The position numbers were made by a program, and so were the translations under genes. The notes under the pieces were generated by a model. The model saw only the letters and a list, made by a program, of their open reading frames with translations, was not told the DNA's origin and made no database searches. This document shows positions 59,501 to 64,000 of a stretch of 64,000 nt of DNA, piece after piece. Within the stretch, counting starts at the first letter, position 1; each line of letters opens with the position of its first letter. Origin of the DNA: Bacteroidaceae bacterium (GTDB lineage: Bacteria; Bacteroidota; Bacteroidia; Bacteroidales; Bacteroidaceae); the NCBI GenBank assembly GCA_024398515.1, contig JAKSIZ010000006.1, positions 27,631 through 91,630 of the forward strand, read 5' to 3'.

Positions 59501-61997
59501 AATTACGTGGAGTTCGTTTGATGGCGAGTTGTTCTATTTCTATCCTCGACTGACAAGAAAGGCCATGATGGTGCGAGGAATGAGCTTAAAGGAAACAGCG
59601 CCAATGTTGGCGACAGGAAGTGCCATGGCAAATGATGCGAAGATGGAAGAAGTTGAAGATTTGGCAGAGAATAAGGTCTATGATGTAGTTGAGCAAATGC
59701 CGATGTTCTTGGCTAAAAACGGTGGAGGAGAAGAAAGTCCGGAGGCAACGAGCAATGTTCAAGTACGCGAAAATCTCGATGAAACCGCACTTTTCTATCC
59801 ACAACTCTCGACCGATGATAATGGCATCGCAACGATTTCTTTCACTCTTCCTGAATGTCTGACAACGTGGAAATTCATGGGATTGGCACATACGAAGGAT
59901 ATGCACTTCGGTCAAATCAGCAGCGAGATAGTGGCAAAGAAAGACCTTATGGTGCAGCCTAACGTGCCGCGATTTGTTCGTATGGGCGATAAGGCAACGG
60001 TGGCTTCGACAATTATTAACATGTCGGAAGCGGCGTTGAATGGTACTGTAAGGATGGAACTTGTGAACCCTGAAACGGAAAAAGTGGTTTATTCAAAGCA
60101 GACAAACTATGAAGTTGCCGAGGGTAAGACAACTTCTGTAGTATTTGATATTGACACTGACGACCATTCTTTGGCAAATATCGACCAGTCAGTCCTTATA
60201 TGTCGGGTGTTTGCAACGGGTAATGGCTTCAGCGATGGCGAACAGCATTACCTCCCATTGCTGCCAAACAAAGAGATGGTAACGAATACAGTGGCTGTGA
60301 CACAGCACGCTGCTGGCAACAAGACCGTTGACTTGACCAAACTAATAGGCAAGAACGCAAGCGATACAAGGCTTACGGTGGAATATACAAACAATCCTGC
60401 ATGGATGATTGTGCAGGCATTGCCATCAATTGATACGCCTGCCGACGACAACGTAATCAGTTATCTTCGTGCATACTATAGCAGTTTCCTTGCAAGTCAT
60501 TTCCTAAAAAGCAATCCGCAGTTGAAGTCAACTATCAAGGCATGGGCGAATGATAACAAAGAAACATTGACAAGCCGACTCGCAAAGAATGAGGAATTGA
60601 AGTCGATTGTATTGAACGAAACACCATGGGTATTCGATTCTGATACCGAAACAGAATGGATGCAACGACTCGTGAACTACTATGACGAGAACAGTCTCAA
60701 CACTAAGATCAACGATAACTTGCAAAAGATTTCCGACCTTCAACTGTCTGATGGCTCATGGACATGGTTTAAGGGAATGAGTGGCAGTTACTATATGACG
60801 CTCTCTGTTGTTGAACATCTTGTGCGTCTCAACATGATGACTGGCAAAGATGAAAATGCTGACCTTATATATAATGGTATAAGGTGGATGGCGAAAGAGA
60901 CAAATAAAATGGTTGACGAAATGAAGAAAGAGGAGAAAAAGGGACATCGGCAGACGTTCCCTGGAGGCGTGACTTTGCAATATCTCTATACTTGTGCTAT
61001 CGCAAACATTGACTTGGATGCTGAGTCGAAAAAGGCAAATGACTATCTTATTGCACTTTTGAAGAAGGACGTAAAGAACAGGTCTATCTTCGAGAAAGGG
61101 TTGACAGCAATAATCCTCAAGCATCATGGCGAGCAAGCAAAGGCAAAAGAATATGTGAAAAGTCTGAAAGAATGGAGCGTATATTCCGAAGAAATGGGCA
61201 GATATTACGATACAAAGCGTGCGGGATATACGTGGCGCGACTACAAGATACCGACTGAAGTTGCGGCAATTGAGGCAATAAGTCAGATAACTCCTGACGA
61301 CAAGCAAACCATGGAGGAAATGCAACGCTGGCTACTTCAGGAGAAACGCACGCAGTTCTGGGCTACGCCATTGAACAGCATGGACGCAATCTATGCCTTT
61401 ATGATAGGCAATAGTTCAAGCCTTGAAGCGAAAGAACCATCGAAGATTATGCTCGACGGCAAGCAAATCGAGTTCTCGAACAAGAGCGCAGGATTGGGTT
61501 ATGTGAAGACTGCTATACCATATAATAATGAAAAGGCTGTGGAATTCAATAAGACTTCTGACGGCACAAGTTGGGGCGCAGTGTATGCTCAGTTCATGCA
61601 ACCAGTGAAGGATGTCGATGCCACATCAACCGGAATTACTGTGACACGCAGTATTGACAAGACCGAAGGACTTAGAGTCGGCGACAAGGTAAAGGTTAAA
61701 ATTGTGATAAAAGCCGACCGTGACTACGACTTTGTGCAGATAGAAGACAAACGCGCAGCATGTATGGAACCTGTTGAACAGCTTAGTGGTCAGCATTGGG
61801 GATACTATATCTCTCCAAAAGATTGCGCTACACGTTACTTTGTCCTTATGTTGTCGAAGGGCACTCATACGCTTGAATCAGAATATTACATCGACCGCGA
61901 GGGCACATATCAATATGCACCTGTCACGGTTCAATGCGCATATTCGCCAGAGTTCAACGCCCGAAGTAAGGCAAATATGATATCAGTAAATGAATGA
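56505..61997 (+). CDS. Bacterial alpha-2-macroglobulin family protein
   Basis: FTDRAIYRPGQ, VEEYKRP, VRENLDETA and QLSDGSWTWF motifs; signal peptide. Confidence 0.93.
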   Translation: MKRILFIMVMILQGAWMSAQTYSSMWKQVEDFGDKDLPQSQIEVLQKLKQKAEKEKSYGNLLKAELMEMKLKTEISQDSLRPAIERIAAKERNIKDEALDAVYCAALYKTLCFVKDNSNEADYKSLGLTPEYYRQRALAHPEVLAKARCTDYEPFISKGTVAKYFNFDLLSVIGFELNDYATLNFYYDKVGNREAALLTILELARKENSEAQQGIVFVQPRYEGSRYKILLDSIEKKYEDLPLCGQVARDRLNYMDGCSDVKVADEMKVIDDALARWSTYEQINELKNARMERINPRFTVVLNKPVNVPMKPIKIELTNLRNIQKLTIKLSKTNLTGEDVTESINDAQYAKLKKRVVSLAFTTTKEFAAHEEYESFKDSIEVDGLAPGVYLAEFNAPKCAAKYALINVTGVYAVQLGQPDKALRIVVLNSVTGQPIPGARLKLTYGYGKSATTKEVITDKNAEFIEKKSDKSLSKIYAFTDKDKFATPLYASQNYYFSGSKPKATTTNIFTDRAIYRPGQTVKVSTLTFIREADNTEVVAGKALKVTLKDANWKIISTKEVTSDEFGTATTEFVLPKDALNGRFTLSAGNASIFVSVEEYKRPTFEIIFPELTQKYKANDVVTIEPQVKTFAGAPVQGAKIEYEIVRRQARWWWFANGNDDVLKSETAVTDGDGKCKIDMKLELPEGAVRYFYNFELKVKATSLNGETHEGTHVVPLGYKDAVLSCSLPTKIEQGSLSTVTFNLTNAAGKSVDETVVFCFDDGAKTTCKTGEKVDIKSRLSIGQHTLTAISDGDTLKQTVVVFSENDTKPCIETKDWFWQSSDQFSDKGKTTVQVGSSDKDLHILYAIFAKGKVLEQGSVDKDATLINRKFNYKEEYGDGLYLAFLWVKDGKIYSHYAEIKKPLPDKNLSMKWEVFRDRLTPGQKEEWKLKVSRTDGKVDAVQLMATMYDKSLDQLTPHKWSLGLGIQRNLPSAMWVFTSPRNYSYYSSAQYASLNVDEITWSSFDGELFYFYPRLTRKAMMVRGMSLKETAPMLATGSAMANDAKMEEVEDLAENKVYDVVEQMPMFLAKNGGGEESPEATSNVQVRENLDETALFYPQLSTDDNGIATISFTLPECLTTWKFMGLAHTKDMHFGQISSEIVAKKDLMVQPNVPRFVRMGDKATVASTIINMSEAALNGTVRMELVNPETEKVVYSKQTNYEVAEGKTTSVVFDIDTDDHSLANIDQSVLICRVFATGNGFSDGEQHYLPLLPNKEMVTNTVAVTQHAAGNKTVDLTKLIGKNASDTRLTVEYTNNPAWMIVQALPSIDTPADDNVISYLRAYYSSFLASHFLKSNPQLKSTIKAWANDNKETLTSRLAKNEELKSIVLNETPWVFDSDTETEWMQRLVNYYDENSLNTKINDNLQKISDLQLSDGSWTWFKGMSGSYYMTLSVVEHLVRLNMMTGKDENADLIYNGIRWMAKETNKMVDEMKKEEKKGHRQTFPGGVTLQYLYTCAIANIDLDAESKKANDYLIALLKKDVKNRSIFEKGLTAIILKHHGEQAKAKEYVKSLKEWSVYSEEMGRYYDTKRAGYTWRDYKIPTEVAAIEAISQITPDDKQTMEEMQRWLLQEKRTQFWATPLNSMDAIYAFMIGNSSSLEAKEPSKIMLDGKQIEFSNKSAGLGYVKTAIPYNNEKAVEFNKTSDGTSWGAVYAQFMQPVKDVDATSTGITVTRSIDKTEGLRVGDKVKVKIVIKADRDYDFVQIEDKRAACMEPVEQLSGQHWGYYISPKDCATRYFVLMLSKGTHTLESEYYIDREGTYQYAPVTVQCAYSPEFNARSKANMISVNE

Positions 61998-62070
61998 TTT
62001 ATTGAATTTGGTGGGAAAAAACTTGAATAATTGGCAATAATTTTGTAATTTTGCGCGAAATTTCAATGAG

Positions 62071-64000
62071 ATGCTGGAACATGTCTTTGCGCATTTGCCA
62101 ATAACAGATTCTACTTGGATCTTCCTTATGGTGCTGCTGATTATTCTGTTTGCACCAATGATTTTGCGCCCATTAAAGATTCCGTATATCATTGGAATGA
62201 TTCTCGCAGGTGTAGTCATAGGTCCTTTCGGCTTCAACATATTGGCTCGCGACAAGTCGTTTGAACTTTTCGGTGAGGTCGGACTCAACTACATCATGTT
62301 CCTTGCGGCACTTGAAATGGACACGCGAAGCCTTTTCAAGGATGTGCGCAAGTATCTCGTCTTCGGTTTTGCAACCTTTGCAATACCATTTGCAATCACA
62401 TTCATCGGCAGTCGCTGGCTGTTGGGGTACTCCAATGTGCAGTCACTCCTCATCAGTTGCATACTCTCTTCCAACACGCTCATTGCCTATCCTATTGTCA
62501 GTCGTTATGGTCTTGGGCGTCACAAGAGCGTCAGTCTCAGCGTAGGCGGAACGATGATTTCACTTTTGCTTTCTTTAGTAATCGTTGCAGCATTATCTAA
62601 TTTCTGGACAATCAAGAGCACTAATGACACAAACGCAGGGCTTGACACTCTGATGTTCTGGTTGTTGTTCGCTGGCAAAATCATTGCTTTCGGAGGCATT
62701 TCAATCTATCTCATACCACGCATCACACGTGGTTTTCTTCGGAATTTCTCTGATCCTGTGTCGCAGTTTATCTTTGTCATTGCCATACTTATACTGTCAT
62801 CGGTAATGGCTGAAATGTGTGGCATTGAGGGAATACTTGGTGCATTCCTTGCTGGTTTGATTTTAAACCGCTACATTCCTAAGGTCTCTACGCTGATGAA
62901 CAGGATAGAATTTGTCGGCAACGCACTCTTTATTCCTTATTTTCTTATAGGTGTCGGAATGCTGATAAACATTCATTCGCTTTACAACAACGTCTCGACC
63001 GTCAATATGATGATATTCATGGTGCTCGTGGGTACGCTTGGCAAGGGCATAGCAGCATACGTAAGTGCCCGAGGACTAAAGATGCCTTGGAGCGACGGAC
63101 ACATTATGTTTGGTCTTACATCAGCCCATGCAGCCGGTGCCATTGCTATTATCATGGTCGGAACAAAGCTTGAAATTGCTCCAGGCACATACATGATAGG
63201 CGACGAGATACTTAATGGCATCGTGGTTATGATACTCGTCACGTGCATTATATCATCATTTGTCACTGAATATGCAGCAAAGCAGATTGTTCTTCAATCG
63301 CACGACGACATCATACCGACTGCTGAAAACGGTTCCGACGACGAAAAAATTCTTATTCTTGTCAAGGATGAGAACAAGGCGCAATCGCTTATCAGCACTG
63401 CCGTGTGCACAAGAAACCAAAAACTTAACCGCGGACTTATTGCACTTAATGTGGTCTATGACGATGCAAACAGTGCACAAAACCAGCGCGAAGGGCGCGA
63501 ACTTCTTGAACGTCTTGCGAAGAACGCAGCTGGAATGGACGTGAGAATGCAGACGCAGAGCCGCTTGGCAACGAATATAGCAAACGGAATAACCCACGCA
63601 TTCAAGGAATACGATGCCAGTGAAATCATTGCAGGAACGCATCCTGTTGCGGAAGGCGAGGTCATATCGTCATACGGTTATGTTGACGAACAGCTTATTA
63701 GTCAGTTGAACCGACAGATTATCTTCGTCAACTTCCACCAACCTCTCAGCACGATGAGGCGTATTCAGGTCATTGTTCCAAGCAAAGCCCACTTCGAACC
63801 AGGCTTTTACCGATGGGTGGAGCGTGTTGCACGCATGGCTACCAACCTTTCGTGCCGCATTATTTTCCACGGCAAACATCAGGTTTTGTCGCTTATCAGC
63901 GATTATATGAAGCGTTATCATCGCAATGCAGCAGCGGAATACGAGGAGATGAACAGTTGGGAACAGCTCACGGCTTTGCCTGAAAAGATATTGCCTGACC
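62071..64000 (+). CDS. Cation:proton antiporter (CPA2) with C-terminal USP-like region, partial
   Basis: MLEHVFAHLPITD..., GILGAFLAGL and FIPYFL motifs; runs off the right edge. Confidence 0.88.
   Translation, partial: MLEHVFAHLPITDSTWIFLMVLLIILFAPMILRPLKIPYIIGMILAGVVIGPFGFNILARDKSFELFGEVGLNYIMFLAALEMDTRSLFKDVRKYLVFGFATFAIPFAITFIGSRWLLGYSNVQSLLISCILSSNTLIAYPIVSRYGLGRHKSVSLSVGGTMISLLLSLVIVAALSNFWTIKSTNDTNAGLDTLMFWLLFAGKIIAFGGISIYLIPRITRGFLRNFSDPVSQFIFVIAILILSSVMAEMCGIEGILGAFLAGLILNRYIPKVSTLMNRIEFVGNALFIPYFLIGVGMLINIHSLYNNVSTVNMMIFMVLVGTLGKGIAAYVSARGLKMPWSDGHIMFGLTSAHAAGAIAIIMVGTKLEIAPGTYMIGDEILNGIVVMILVTCIISSFVTEYAAKQIVLQSHDDIIPTAENGSDDEKILILVKDENKAQSLISTAVCTRNQKLNRGLIALNVVYDDANSAQNQREGRELLERLAKNAAGMDVRMQTQSRLATNIANGITHAFKEYDASEIIAGTHPVAEGEVISSYGYVDEQLISQLNRQIIFVNFHQPLSTMRRIQVIVPSKAHFEPGFYRWVERVARMATNLSCRIIFHGKHQVLSLISDYMKRYHRNAAAEYEEMNSWEQLTALPEKILPD

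Noticed and set aside
23172-63921. Many long antisense ORFs (e.g. 23172-24074, 31389-32159, 36693-37658, 57177-57983)
   Set aside because: Shadow frames of well-supported genes with no recognisable motifs

Overview
Bacteroidales (Prevotella-like) chromosome segment. Bases 1 to about 22,900 are the right part of an integrated temperate tailed prophage, almost all on the minus strand. It carries a repressor/cro switch, a frameshifted LuxR-HTH regulator, a 1308-aa primase-helicase with an iteron origin, and a Clp protease-capsid-tail-terminase operon. An accessory island follows (DUF5053-like HTH, an ORF-free multi-hairpin RNA region, HIRAN membrane protein, Panacea TA pair, and a P4-CI/P1-C4-like antisense leader), then the portal/head genes. 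The prophage ends at a tRNA-fMet-like 3' fragment (probable attR). The rest is host DNA: tRNA(CAT), Ca-ATPase, greA, pgi, gpsA, lysS, lptB-tig-clpP-clpX-recQ-PPIases-OstA, flippase, dockerin-bearing pectate lyase, dut, a damaged ParE-type TA pair, alpha-2-macroglobulin and a partial CPA2 antiporter. The most notable signals are non-coding: a candidate repressor-controlled array of GNRA-hairpin small RNAs, an RNA antisense switch, shared operator and late-promoter motifs, and two host repeat families, one of which forms part of signal peptides. All calls come from reading the sequence; no database searches were run.
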